Assembly (NCBI GenBank): GCA_049607645.1 | Contig: JBMYWS010000002.1 | Location: 141,756-205,755, forward strand | Direction of reading: 5' to 3' | DNA from: Holosporaceae bacterium | Lineage (GTDB): Bacteria > Pseudomonadota > Alphaproteobacteria > Holosporales > Hepatobacteraceae | DNA: 64,000 nt | Shown here: piece by piece, positions 1 to 9,557 of the stretch | How positions within the stretch are numbered: position 1 is the first letter of the stretch | Layout of the letters: each line of letters starts with the position of its first letter | The notes under the pieces: model-generated | The model's database searches: none | Seen by the model: the letters and a program-made list of their open reading frames with translations, nothing else | What the model was told of the DNA's origin: nothing | Position numbers and translations under genes: made by a program

Positions 1-33
1 GAAGAGGGCACCTATGTTGAACGCGCCAAATAA
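1..33 (+). CDS. 3' end of an upstream gene (partial; possibly elongation factor P)
   Basis: Frame +1 reads ...EEGTYVERAK followed by TAA at 31-33. This resembles the EF-P C-terminal ending. Only 10 codons are visible. Confidence 0.3.
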   Translation, partial: EEGTYVERAK

Positions 34-110
34 GCTGACTCAACAGGCACACTTTTTGTTAGCACAAGGCACACAACGCTTTGGGACCGTTCACCCGCAA
101 AAGGTTTGTT

Positions 111-917
111 ATGTCTTATAGAGCACTTGGCACTAAATGCCCTTTTGTAAACATTATGGCGCACGCTGCCTTTAAGGCTGCTAAAAACCTGTTGCGTGAT
201 TTTGGTGAGGTTGAAAATTTGGCCATTTCTCGCAAGGGAGCAAAAGACTTTGTCTCTGTGGCCGATCAGCGTGCCGAGAAAATCATCAGGCAAACGCTGC
301 AAAAAGCTTTTCCTGACTTTGGTCTGTTGCTTGAAGAAGGCGGATATATCGAAGGCGCGCAAGACATGACCTTTGTGGTTGACCCACTGGACGGCACACT
401 TAACTTTTTACACGGCTTACCGCACTTTTGCCTTTCAATTGGTCTTTTAAAAAAAGAAACACCCATAGCCGGTGTGATTTTTGATCCCATTCGTGACGAG
501 GTGTTTTGGGCTTCGGCCGGCAAAGGCGCTTTTATGAATAAAAGACGCCTGCGTGTCAGAGGCCCCTCTCCACAAGGACTGCAGATTTTAGGCCTTAGCC
601 ACACACGCTCTGTGGCGTATGAAGATAAAAAAACAGCCGCTCTTTTTACAACACGCGTCTCGGGCTCGGCAGCCCTTGATTTAGCTTATGTGGCAGCTGG
701 GCGCCTTGACGGTTTTTGGGGATATGGCCTGGCCCCTTGGGACATTGCCGCTGGTTTGTGTTTGGTCACAGAAGCCCGTGGCCTTTCTAAAACACTGTCT
801 TCATCACCTCAAAAAGAAGGCATAGCCTTGGATATGCAAACAAAAACACATCTTTTGGCAGCGTCTCCTGATTTTTTTCCACACCTTGAAAAAGCTTATC
901 ATGCCATCCGAAGCTAG
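111..917 (+). CDS. suhB: inositol monophosphatase family protein (SuhB-like)
   Basis: Motifs DFVSVADQRAEKII, EEGG and VVDPLDGTLNFLHGLP are present. I chose the ATG at 111 (MSYRAL...) rather than the TTG at 81. Confidence 0.9.
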   Translation: MSYRALGTKCPFVNIMAHAAFKAAKNLLRDFGEVENLAISRKGAKDFVSVADQRAEKIIRQTLQKAFPDFGLLLEEGGYIEGAQDMTFVVDPLDGTLNFLHGLPHFCLSIGLLKKETPIAGVIFDPIRDEVFWASAGKGAFMNKRRLRVRGPSPQGLQILGLSHTRSVAYEDKKTAALFTTRVSGSAALDLAYVAAGRLDGFWGYGLAPWDIAAGLCLVTEARGLSKTLSSSPQKEGIALDMQTKTHLLAASPDFFPHLEKAYHAIRS

Positions 918-2238
918 CCCCACAACACGCAAAGCCCCTTTTCAATTTGGAACAGATGGCTTGCGTGGACGTTTTGGTGTGCCGCCGTTTGATGATGAAA
1001 CCCTTAAATCTTTTGCTGATGCGCTTGCTTCTTTTTTTGCGCAAAAAGCCGCGCCCAACAGAAAAAAAATGCTTATCGCAAGGGACACCCGGGCTTCAGG
1101 CCCCTTGATTGAAAATATTCTGACAAAAGCCTTTAAGGCACACGATTTACCATTTGGCTTACTGAGCATTCTGCCAACACCTGCCCTTGTGCACGATATT
1201 GTCGTACAAAACGCATTGGGCGGCGTCATGATTTCAGCCTCGCACAACCCAGCACACGACAATGGCATCAAGATTTTTAAAGAGGGCGGCGCAAAGCTTG
1301 CTTTAGCAGATGAGCAAAGGATTCTGGATCTTTACACCACCGCCCCACACCTTGCAGAAACGGCCTCTGTGATGGCGCAATCTTTTTTTGAAGAGTCCGG
1401 TTATGAAGCACATCTTCGATCTCTTTTTGCAGGACTTAATCTTAAAAACCTGCATCTTGTGGTTGACTGCGCTCATGGCGCTATGTACCAAATAGCCCCG
1501 CGCCTTCTTAAATCTTTTGGCGCCAAAGTCACACCGCTTGCCACATCTGCGGATGGCCACAACATTAATCAAGACTGCGGCTCAACACACCCCAAAACAC
1601 TGCAAGAAACAACCAAATCTGTTGGCGCAGACTATGGCATCGCTTTTGATGGCGACGGCGACCGCGTTCTTTTTTGCAAAAAAGATGGCACACTGCTGAA
1701 CGGCGATCAATTGCTCACTTTTTTAGCACTTGCAGAATCCAAGCTAACGCCACCCTGTGTTGTCTCAACCATTATGGCCAACCAAGCCATGGAAGAAACC
1801 CTGGCCCAACGCCAGATCAAGCTGGTGCGCACAAACGTAGGTGACAAAGCTGTGGCAGGCGCGATGGAGGAAAAGGGCGCGCTTTTAGGGGGCGAAGCAT
1901 CGGGACATCTGATTTTAAAACGCTACAGTCAAACGGGCGACGGGCTTTTGGCCGCGCTGGCAGTGCTAAAGGCATCTCAACAAAATAACGCACCCCCTTT
2001 GCCCTGCTTTGTACCTTATCCACAACATATTGAGAACATTCCTCTGCAGCACGTGCGTCAAGAAGCGCTTGTCCCTTCGCAGGCGCTGCAAGAACAGCTG
2101 CAGCAATGCATAAAAAAAGGGCGCCTCTTTTTAAGACGCTCGGGTACCGAGCCCGTTTTGCGTCTTACCATCGAGGCACCCTCTGAAAAGGTCGTCAAAA
2201 GCGCCCTTTCAAAGGCGCTTTCGTTGATTGTGCGTTAA
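901..2238 (+). CDS. glmM: phosphoglucosamine mutase
   Basis: Contains FGTDGLRG, the phosphoserine loop SASHNPAHDNGIK, DGDGDR and GEASGH. I used the ATG at 901 inside the ORF that opens at 886. Confidence 0.93.
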   Translation: MPSEASPTTRKAPFQFGTDGLRGRFGVPPFDDETLKSFADALASFFAQKAAPNRKKMLIARDTRASGPLIENILTKAFKAHDLPFGLLSILPTPALVHDIVVQNALGGVMISASHNPAHDNGIKIFKEGGAKLALADEQRILDLYTTAPHLAETASVMAQSFFEESGYEAHLRSLFAGLNLKNLHLVVDCAHGAMYQIAPRLLKSFGAKVTPLATSADGHNINQDCGSTHPKTLQETTKSVGADYGIAFDGDGDRVLFCKKDGTLLNGDQLLTFLALAESKLTPPCVVSTIMANQAMEETLAQRQIKLVRTNVGDKAVAGAMEEKGALLGGEASGHLILKRYSQTGDGLLAALAVLKASQQNNAPPLPCFVPYPQHIENIPLQHVRQEALVPSQALQEQLQQCIKKGRLFLRRSGTEPVLRLTIEAPSEKVVKSALSKALSLIVR

Positions 2239-2924
2239 AACTGATAACCCACTTTGACTTTGACGTCCATATTGTTGGTTTTAAGGCCGTTAGCGTCCTC
2301 ATGCCCTTTAGCCTTCATTTTAATAGAAGACCATGCAGCCTCAACGCCCACAAAGAAAGGCGAAGCACTTGGCTTCCATTTGCAACCCAAACCTAAACGG
2401 GGGCCAATGCCATGCGCCTTAAACGATGCATTATCGACAGGCGTCTTAATATCCACCTTGCCACGCACATAACGCAAACCCAGAATACCATAAGGTGTAA
2501 AGCCGTGAGGCAACACAACACCAGGGTGAATGGCAACATCAGCAAAGTGCTGCAGCTGTGTTTTTATCTCCCCTGGAATGCCTCGGAGAGTTGAGGATTT
2601 TTTAGCATTGACCGCACCATAAGCATAGGCCAACTCACCACCAAGGTAAAAACGGTTAAAGATGTGTCCATAACCTAGAAACAGACCACCACCGAAGCCT
2701 TTGGGGTCAGCCATGTGCTGCCGTGCTAGATTCTGCTTAGTATTGCCTTTTTTGAGCCATTGCATGGCGTACATGGCTTGCAAACCGCCGTAAAAACCAC
2801 CTTTTGAGCCGGTGTCTTGTGCCTCATACTCAACGGGCTCTGGCGCCGTATCTTGTGCTTCATCTGCCATAACAGGGGCTGCCGCCAACGCCAAAAGGGC
2901 AGGGGCTAATAATAACTTCTTCAT
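2235..2924 (-). CDS. small outer-membrane beta-barrel protein (Omp25/OmpA-like porin family)
   Basis: Signal peptide MKKLLLAPALLALAAAPVMA, alternating Gly/aromatic beta-strand pattern, and C-terminal ...VKVGYQF with a terminal Phe. Confidence 0.75.
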   Translation of the reverse strand: MKKLLLAPALLALAAAPVMADEAQDTAPEPVEYEAQDTGSKGGFYGGLQAMYAMQWLKKGNTKQNLARQHMADPKGFGGGLFLGYGHIFNRFYLGGELAYAYGAVNAKKSSTLRGIPGEIKTQLQHFADVAIHPGVVLPHGFTPYGILGLRYVRGKVDIKTPVDNASFKAHGIGPRLGLGCKWKPSASPFFVGVEAAWSSIKMKAKGHEDANGLKTNNMDVKVKVGYQF

Positions 2925-2964
2925 AACCAAATAACTCTTGTTTTATTACTGTCTAATAACCCCA

Positions 2965-3136
2965 TTAAAACGTCTTATCCAAACAAACAACACTAAAAGT
3001 CAAAAAAAGACAGTTTTTTATCAGACGACTTGCAAAAACATTTTTTTTATGTGTTTGAAAAAAATCTTTTTTCACTTAAAACGTGTTGCAAAAATATCAC
3101 ACATGCTTTCAAAGCCTTTTCAGTAAGACGTTTTAA
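2965..3136. repeat. perfect 13-bp inverted repeat pair in the spacer between the two OMP genes
   Basis: TTAAAACGTCTTA at 2965-2977 and its exact reverse complement TAAGACGTTTTAA at 3124-3136. A related CTTAAAACGTGTT lies between them. Confidence 0.6.
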
Positions 3137-3202
3137 AAGAAAGACAGGTGTTTGAAAAATTTTTATAGTGATGACATCAAATCTGTCAAAAAAATACAAA
3201 AA

Positions 3203-3925
3203 CTAGAATTGATACCCTAGTTTGAACTTTACATCATATTGGTGAGAGCGCTTTTTAGCAGCACATGTCTCTTCCTTAAAAGACGATACGCCACTTTCAA
3301 AACCCAAAAAGAAAGCGGATTCTATATGCTTCCAACGCACACCGATGCCCAAGCGCGGCGCAATGGCATGCTTTGTTTTGTGGTCTGTGCAACTGGTAGC
3401 ACCTGTAGATGTAAACGTTATCTGCTGCTTGCAATGAAGGTAGCGCCCCCCCAACGACAAATAGGGCAAAACACCCTTGCTTAAAGGCCATCCAAGATGC
3501 AATGCAAAGTCGATAAAATGCTTTAAGGACAACTGCGTTGTGACTGAACCCGAGACAGCCTGCCCCCCCTGCTGCCAGGTCACACCCGATAAAGTTTTAT
3601 TGGCACACACATTACCAAAAGCATAGGCAACCTCGCTGCCCACATAAAAGCCATTGAACACAGAGCCACCTCCTAACAACAAGCCGCCACTAAAACCATG
3701 TGGATTTGCAAAACAATTGTTACGTTGCGCCTTTTTACGCGCCCCCTTTGCGCACACAAATAAACTGTATAACCCCTGCAGACCCATGTAAAAACCATGA
3801 TGGGTTGTTTGAAATGTCAAAGGCTGCACAGTTGTTAGCACGTCATTTGGTTGATTGGATTCAGAAAAACTAAGATTGACCACCAGGCAACTGCCCGAAA
3901 AAACAATCAGAAAAAATCTTCTCAT
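3203..3925 (-). CDS. small outer-membrane beta-barrel protein, paralog of 2235-2924
   Basis: Shares the blocks GFYxGLQ, NPHGFSGGLLLG versus DPKGFGGGLFLG, FYVGSEVAYAFG versus FYLGGELAYAYG, and the C-terminal KLGYQF. Start taken at MRRFFLIVFSG. Confidence 0.7.
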   Translation of the reverse strand: MRRFFLIVFSGSCLVVNLSFSESNQPNDVLTTVQPLTFQTTHHGFYMGLQGLYSLFVCAKGARKKAQRNNCFANPHGFSGGLLLGGGSVFNGFYVGSEVAYAFGNVCANKTLSGVTWQQGGQAVSGSVTTQLSLKHFIDFALHLGWPLSKGVLPYLSLGGRYLHCKQQITFTSTGATSCTDHKTKHAIAPRLGIGVRWKHIESAFFLGFESGVSSFKEETCAAKKRSHQYDVKFKLGYQF

Positions 3926-4110
3926 ACTATTTTTGCAAAAATTAAATATTAAAAACAATATTGTATGTGTTTTTATTATCTAATGTAACTAAAAAACAAA
4001 TTTATTTTTTGTTTTTTGACAAAAATAAAGATACACGGCACATCTTAAGGCTTACATTTTACCTCCTGAAACTGGCTTGCAGAGCCCGTAAAAATAAGGA
4101 CAATAAAACG

Positions 4111-4839
4111 ATGATGCGCCTTTATGTTCCTCAGTTATCTTGCAACACCAAACAGATTGTCTTGGATCAACATCAGGCTCACTATGTGTTACATGTCTTA
4201 CGCGGCAAACCACAGCAAACATTTTTACTTTTCAACGAAACAGCCGGCGAATGGCAAGCAGAACTGGTGCACGCAACGCGTCACACCGTCACCTTTGCGC
4301 TGCAGTTACAAACACAAAAAGCCCCAACGCGCCACGCTGAAAGGCATCTTTACTTTTCGCCCTTAAAACAACAGCCTCTTTCTTATCTAATCACCAAAGC
4401 AACAGAAGCGGGCGTGACCCATTTGCATCCCTGCCTTTGTGAGCGAACGGTTGTAAAAAACCTTAACGTTGCACGTCTTCACAAACTAACCATCGAGGCA
4501 ACCGAGCAATCAGGGCGTCTTGCACCGCCTGCGCTGTCACCCCTTTTATCTTTAAAGCAGCATCTAGAGAGCAGCCCTCAAACATTACAACTCTTTTTAC
4601 TTGACCCCAAAGCGTCCTGTTCTTTAGCACATGTACTGCAAATGATGCTGCAAAAGACAAAACAGCCATCTAACATAGGCTTTCTTTTGGGACCCGAAGG
4701 GGGCTGGGGACCGCAAGATGACAAAATCTTGCAAAACAAAGCTCATAAACCCGTTCATTTAGGTGATTTGGTTTTAAGGGCTGAAACAGCAGCAACAATC
4801 GCCCTTGGCACGTGCGCCCAGCTACTGGATCGCCCGTAA
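4111..4839 (+). CDS. rsmE: 16S rRNA (uracil1498-N3)-methyltransferase
   Basis: N-terminus MMRLYVPQL..., with HYVLHVLRGK, ATEQSGR and LLGPEGGW motifs. Start chosen at the ATG at 4111 within the longer ORF. Confidence 0.85.
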   Translation: MMRLYVPQLSCNTKQIVLDQHQAHYVLHVLRGKPQQTFLLFNETAGEWQAELVHATRHTVTFALQLQTQKAPTRHAERHLYFSPLKQQPLSYLITKATEAGVTHLHPCLCERTVVKNLNVARLHKLTIEATEQSGRLAPPALSPLLSLKQHLESSPQTLQLFLLDPKASCSLAHVLQMMLQKTKQPSNIGFLLGPEGGWGPQDDKILQNKAHKPVHLGDLVLRAETAATIALGTCAQLLDRP

Positions 4840-4862
4840 AAATATGTAAAGCGACAATGCTA

Positions 4863-5372
4863 TTAGCAACGCCCTTTGGGGCACCGCTTGCGGTTTTCTT
4901 TTAAATACAGGCTACGCCCCACAAGCGTTTCAACGCGCACACGCGTGACACCTTTTTTATAAAAACCAAGTTTTTTAGCCGCCACCACACTGACATCGAT
5001 CACACGACCTGGCTTGAAAGGGCCACGATCATTCACCTTTAAGATCGCCTGACGACCATTTGTAAGGTTTGTCACACGTACCACACAAGGCAAAGGCAAC
5101 GTTTTATGGGCCGCGGTCATTCTGTACATCGAAAACTTTTCGCCTGACGCCGTTGGCAAACCATGTGTGCCATCCGGGCCACCATAGTACGACGCTAACC
5201 CCACATCATGCAGTTCGTAATGCTTTTGCGGATAATACCACCTACCTTTTATTTTATAGGGCTTACTTGTATAGCGGGTTGGACTGGTTGTACGCTTGCA
5301 AACACAACCGCTTAACACAAAAGCACAAACCCACAGCGCACACGTTCTTTGCCAAAAGTTTGCTCTTATCAA
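4863..5372 (-). CDS. rlpA: septal ring lytic transglycosylase RlpA family lipoprotein
   Basis: Lipobox VLSGC. DPBB domain pattern ASYYG...TASGE...AAHKTLPLP..VRVTNL.NGR..ILKVNDRGPF. Confidence 0.85.
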   Translation of the reverse strand: MIRANFWQRTCALWVCAFVLSGCVCKRTTSPTRYTSKPYKIKGRWYYPQKHYELHDVGLASYYGGPDGTHGLPTASGEKFSMYRMTAAHKTLPLPCVVRVTNLTNGRQAILKVNDRGPFKPGRVIDVSVVAAKKLGFYKKGVTRVRVETLVGRSLYLKENRKRCPKGRC

Positions 5373-5377
5373 TCTTT

Positions 5378-6403
5378 CTACCTATCCACTTCTTTTAACC
5401 AACGTGCCGCATCAAGAGCGCCGTAGGTAAAAATAACCGAGGCACCCGCACGCTTAAAACCCATCAAGCTTTCCAGCAAGCCGTCTTTATAAGAAACCCA
5501 GCCTTGAGCATCTGCAGCCCTTAGCATAGCATATTCGCCCGAAACTTGAAAAACACAAAGCGGGTGATGCGTTTTTTGCTTTAAAAGTGACACGATATCT
5601 AGGTAGCCACCCCCTGGCTTCACCATCAACAAGTCTGCGCCCTCCTGTATATCAAGTAACGCCTCACGCAACGCCTCTTTTTGATTGCAGATATCCATTT
5701 GATAGGTTTTTTTGCACAAACCGCCAGGATCTTTTGCGGCAGCTGTTGCCACAATATCTCTAAAAGGACCATAAAGACACGATGCATATTTGGCCACGTA
5801 AGACAAGATTTTGGTTTGAACGTAACCTTTTTCCTCAAGGCCTTGACGCAGCGCATGAATGCGGCCGTCCATCATGTCTGAAACCCCTAAAACATCAGCG
5901 CCGGCCTGTGCGTGCAAAACGGCCATGTCGGCCAAAATCTTAATCGTTGCATCATTATCTACATCATCGTTTTGAATGACGCCGTCATGCCCATGCGTTG
6001 TATAAGGATCAAGCGCGATATCAGAAATCACCCCTAAAGTGGGAAAACGTTCTTTCACACACTGAATCGCCTTTACTAAAACATTATCTTCGCACAACGC
6101 GTGCCTTCCCTGCTCATCCTTGTTTTCTTGGGCAATCACGGGGAAAAGCGCAACACTTGTAAGGCCGGCCGCAAGAATCTTTTCTTCCACAAAGGCGGGC
6201 AATGCGTCGACAGAGAGCGGGGAAAAAGGTAAGGGTGATGGCGTTTTTTTAGATGATAAGGTGACGTCTGGCAAATTTTGACACACAAAAAGCGGCATCA
6301 CCAAGTCAGAAACAGCTAACCTGTTTTCTGCAATCAGCGTGCGGATCCATTGATTTGTACGCAAACGCCTAAGGCGTGCCGCGGGAAATGTCTCAAAGGG
6401 CAT
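5378..6403 (-). CDS. hemB: porphobilinogen synthase (delta-aminolevulinate dehydratase)
   Basis: RLRRLR N-terminal motif, typical length (341 aa), and MVKPG / YQVSGEYA-type blocks (FQVSGEYAML). Confidence 0.93.
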   Translation of the reverse strand: MPFETFPAARLRRLRTNQWIRTLIAENRLAVSDLVMPLFVCQNLPDVTLSSKKTPSPLPFSPLSVDALPAFVEEKILAAGLTSVALFPVIAQENKDEQGRHALCEDNVLVKAIQCVKERFPTLGVISDIALDPYTTHGHDGVIQNDDVDNDATIKILADMAVLHAQAGADVLGVSDMMDGRIHALRQGLEEKGYVQTKILSYVAKYASCLYGPFRDIVATAAAKDPGGLCKKTYQMDICNQKEALREALLDIQEGADLLMVKPGGGYLDIVSLLKQKTHHPLCVFQVSGEYAMLRAADAQGWVSYKDGLLESLMGFKRAGASVIFTYGALDAARWLKEVDR

Positions 6404-6490
6404 AGCAACGTGTTATTGTTAAGACTTTGTTCATTAAAATAACGATATAATTAATAAATGTACAAAAATATCTTCTGGGGCAAGTGGTTT

Positions 6491-6892
6491 ATGTTACACA
6501 ACAAAGCTAAAAAAACTGCTTTAAGTCAATTGTTTTGTCTTGCCATCAGCATCGCCTGTCTGCTGCTGTTCAGTCTTCCACAACCCTCATTTGGCGATGA
6601 TGCCACACCCACAGTCACTGACTGGGAACCAGGGGGCGCCACAGACCTACCTAAAGAGCCTATTCCTTCACTTGGCTATACAGAAGAGGCCATTAGCTGC
6701 ATCCAAGATTGCATCAAAGATACATTTGGAACAGGGGCACACAGTCGTCCCACGGTTTGTGCATGCGGCTGTCTTGAAAAGCACGAGATTTCTTTTCACG
6801 AAAAATTTTGTGGACAAAGCTCGTTACTTGATGAGAGCAACATACGGACGATTGATCAGCCCATGCTAAAGGGCGGCCTGCAGGTGAACTAA
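6491..6892 (+). CDS. hypothetical secreted Cys-rich protein
   Basis: Signal-peptide-like LSQLFCLAISIACLLLFSLPQPSFG. Several Cys in the mature part (CIQDC, CACGC, FCG). No family recognised. Confidence 0.5.
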   Translation: MLHNKAKKTALSQLFCLAISIACLLLFSLPQPSFGDDATPTVTDWEPGGATDLPKEPIPSLGYTEEAISCIQDCIKDTFGTGAHSRPTVCACGCLEKHEISFHEKFCGQSSLLDESNIRTIDQPMLKGGLQVN

Positions 6893-6955
6893 CTTGTCAA
6901 TCTTAAAGAAGTTTTGCTATAGTTGACCCGATCAATCAACTGACATAAACGGGAC

Positions 6956-7552
6956 GTGAACAAAACAACCTCTTTATCCGAAAAGCAGCTTTTCTTCCAA
7001 CGTTGGCTCAAAAGCCCCTTGACGCTTGGCGCGTTTTTACCCAGCTCTGAAAACCTCTCACGCTTTATGGCCGTTAACGTTGCAAAACAAGTGGCTTTAG
7101 ACCTTGAGGACAACAAATACATTGTTGAGATTGGCGCCGGCACAGGTGCTTTTACCCACGCTTTACTTGAAGCCGGCATCCCAACAGAGCAGCTTATTTC
7201 TATTGAACTTGACCCCAGCTTGTTTTCTTATCTGCAAAAGCGCTTTCCAAACATCACAACACTGTGCGGTGATGCCCAACATTTAAGCAAACTGCTGCCA
7301 GCGCACACACAGGGAAGGCTGGCCTGCATCGTCTCGGGCATTCCCATGGTCACGCTGCCAAAAGAGGTGCAAAAAAACGTTGTCGAAGCTGCTTTCAAAT
7401 TGCTGCCACCACAAGGTTTATTCTTTCAGTTTACCTATAGCCCTTTTTCTTCCATTCCAACGCATCTTTTTAAGCTTGAGAAAAAACGCATTGGCACCGT
7501 TTTTTCTAACTTTCCACCGGCAACGGTTTGGGCATATTCTAAGGCTGTATAA
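6956..7552 (+). CDS. class I SAM-dependent methyltransferase, phospholipid N-methyltransferase (PmtA)-like
   Basis: N-terminal FFQRWLKSPLTLGAFLPSS is typical of the PmtA/COG3963 group. SAM motif I is VEIGAGTGAFT. GTG start. Confidence 0.7.
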   Translation: MNKTTSLSEKQLFFQRWLKSPLTLGAFLPSSENLSRFMAVNVAKQVALDLEDNKYIVEIGAGTGAFTHALLEAGIPTEQLISIELDPSLFSYLQKRFPNITTLCGDAQHLSKLLPAHTQGRLACIVSGIPMVTLPKEVQKNVVEAAFKLLPPQGLFFQFTYSPFSSIPTHLFKLEKKRIGTVFSNFPPATVWAYSKAV

Positions 7553-7656
7553 AGGGTTAGACGACAGGCCTTTAAAAAAAAGCGCAACTATCTTATTGAT
7601 AAGTTAAGGTTTAAAAATGCAAAATGGATAAGATGCCAGAGTGAGAAGTTATTCGT

Positions 7657-8475
7657 ATGCGTTGCGTTTGTTTTTTTGTTGCGATCTTCTTTTATTGTGC
7701 ACACCAGCTTTCAGCTGACACCCCTGCTGCACCTTTATCACAAGCAGAGATCAAAGGCCTTATCGAAAAAGAGGTCAAGCGCCTTACAAAAGAGATGTGG
7801 GGTAAAAAATCTTCAGAGCTGCTTTCGGTTTTTCTAAAAAAAACGCTGAAAAAGATGCAAGCCTTGCTTGAGGCAAGCTTTAAAATTGCAGCGCAAGAGG
7901 CCATTAAAGAAATCATGCGCGAGGATGGCATCAAGGCCTACGTTGATCACACCAAAGCACAAAGCGTCTTTCCATTTATCGGCAATCCCAAGGGCGCACA
8001 GGTGATTCTTGTGTTTACCGACCCCTATTGCAACTATTGCCATGAAAGCCTTGCTTTATACGAACGCCATGCACAAAAAGACACCTCATTTAAACTGATC
8101 ATTCACGATTTTCCTATCGGCGGCAAACACTCTTACAATGCGGTGCGTGCCCTTTTGGTGGCCCATGCAGAAAAAAAACACCCCCTGCTGCGCAAAGCAC
8201 TGCATAAACAGGCGCAAAAACACGGTCAGTTTTTATCAAAACAAGAGCTTGTAGCCCTGGCCAAAGCGCAAGGCGTGCAAACCGATAAATTTGAAGAGCG
8301 TATGCAAGACAAAAAAATCACCAACACCATTCGCAAAACACTGAAACTGGCAAAACAGTTTCAGATTAGCGCCACACCCACTTTTGTGATCTTAAAATCT
8401 GAGCACCAAAAACCGCGTGTCGAAGAAGGCGTGGTGCCACCTGAAGAACTTTTGGGCAAACCCCTAAAACCCTAG
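7657..8475 (+). CDS. DsbA-family thiol:disulfide oxidoreductase with N-terminal coiled-coil extension
   Basis: Signal peptide, CxxC active site in FTDPYCNYCH, and C-terminal ISATPTFVI block. Confidence 0.75.
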   Translation: MRCVCFFVAIFFYCAHQLSADTPAAPLSQAEIKGLIEKEVKRLTKEMWGKKSSELLSVFLKKTLKKMQALLEASFKIAAQEAIKEIMREDGIKAYVDHTKAQSVFPFIGNPKGAQVILVFTDPYCNYCHESLALYERHAQKDTSFKLIIHDFPIGGKHSYNAVRALLVAHAEKKHPLLRKALHKQAQKHGQFLSKQELVALAKAQGVQTDKFEERMQDKKITNTIRKTLKLAKQFQISATPTFVILKSEHQKPRVEEGVVPPEELLGKPLKP

Positions 8476-8976
8476 CGACAACGCCTTTTTTTTGCGCGAT
8501 GCCTTTCGGACGCCCTTTGCTTGAGATGGCTTGAGCTCTTCAAAACGCTGGCGCCGTGTGTTCAATTGCTTTGTGCGGCGTAAAGACGGCTTTAACAAAA
8601 ACGCACCTTCAGGCAATGCTTTGGTTAAAGGCAGCTTAGAGGCATGATTTCGCAAAGGCACACACCACACACCCTTTTCGGACACACGCACCAAACGCAA
8701 CCCTTGAGATCGCATATAGGCGTCATCTTGATTGGATGCGGTCAGACACACCCCATTCAACCAAAAAGCCCATTTTTGTGGCGAAAAAAAGATGAAGCCG
8801 TTAAGCGACCAAGGCACCTTTATCTTAGAAGACAGGCCGCCTCTTTGTGCGTGCGTTTGCTCTTTTTGCTTCCCATGCGTCAAATAATCGTCTGCACAGT
8901 GCACAGGAGGCATCAAGGTCAAAAGCATGATGCAAAGGCATCCCACAAAAAAAGCCCTTGAAAAACAACTCAACAT
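8464..8976 (-). CDS. hypothetical exported protein
   Basis: Hydrophobic N-terminus FFVGCLCIMLLTLMPPVHCA and a very basic C-terminus. No family recognised. Confidence 0.45.
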   Translation of the reverse strand: MLSCFSRAFFVGCLCIMLLTLMPPVHCADDYLTHGKQKEQTHAQRGGLSSKIKVPWSLNGFIFFSPQKWAFWLNGVCLTASNQDDAYMRSQGLRLVRVSEKGVWCVPLRNHASKLPLTKALPEGAFLLKPSLRRTKQLNTRRQRFEELKPSQAKGVRKASRKKKALSLGF

Positions 8977-9066
8977 TTGGCATCCTTTCTGTACAAAGTT
9001 TCTGATCGCACTCTTGTGGTTTTTATAACAAAAATAATCCTTTAACCAAAATAAAAAAGGTCTTTT

Positions 9067-9552
9067 ATGACAAGCGAGACGCCCTTTTCGACGAAAATAT
9101 TAGAAGAGCTTGCCCGTATTTTAAATGCAATGGACTTGCATGAGATTGAATACAACAAAGGTGACGTTAAGTTGCGCGTGGTCAAACATACACAGCCTAC
9201 CACAAACACCATCACCCACGCCGCACCCACACCCATGGTGCCACCGGCAGCCCTTGTACAAAACACACCCACAGTCGTGCCATCAAGCACAGCACCGCAA
9301 GACACCGAGGCATCTGGCACGATTATCACAGCCCCTATGATTGGCACCGCCTACTTGGCGCCCGAGCCCCAAGCACCCCCTTTTGTGAAAAAAGGTGATG
9401 CTGTTGAGAAGGGGCAAACCTTGCTGGTTGTCGAAACAATGAAGGTCATGAACCCTATTCGCAGCCCAGAGGATGGTATTATTGACGAAGTGCTCGTCAA
9501 CAACGCGCAACCCGTTGAGTTTGGCGAACCACTTGTGCGCTTAAAGGCTTAA
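9067..9552 (+). CDS. accB: acetyl-CoA carboxylase biotin carboxyl carrier protein
   Basis: Pro/Ala-rich linker followed by a biotinyl domain with the ETMKVMN biotinylation motif. Sits directly upstream of accC. Confidence 0.9.
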   Translation: MTSETPFSTKILEELARILNAMDLHEIEYNKGDVKLRVVKHTQPTTNTITHAAPTPMVPPAALVQNTPTVVPSSTAPQDTEASGTIITAPMIGTAYLAPEPQAPPFVKKGDAVEKGQTLLVVETMKVMNPIRSPEDGIIDEVLVNNAQPVEFGEPLVRLKA

Positions 9553-9557
9553 TTTTT

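Noticed and set aside
12-1271. Antisense ORFs within suhB and glmM (12-362, 266-604, 787-1044, 942-1271), and many similar 60-160-aa antisense ORFs throughout (e.g. 15942-16439, 24453-24930, 38964-39449, 10227-10646)
   Set aside because: Each is fully contained in a gene with strong family motifs on the other strand or in another frame. They have no motifs of their own, and their composition is typical of shadow ORFs.
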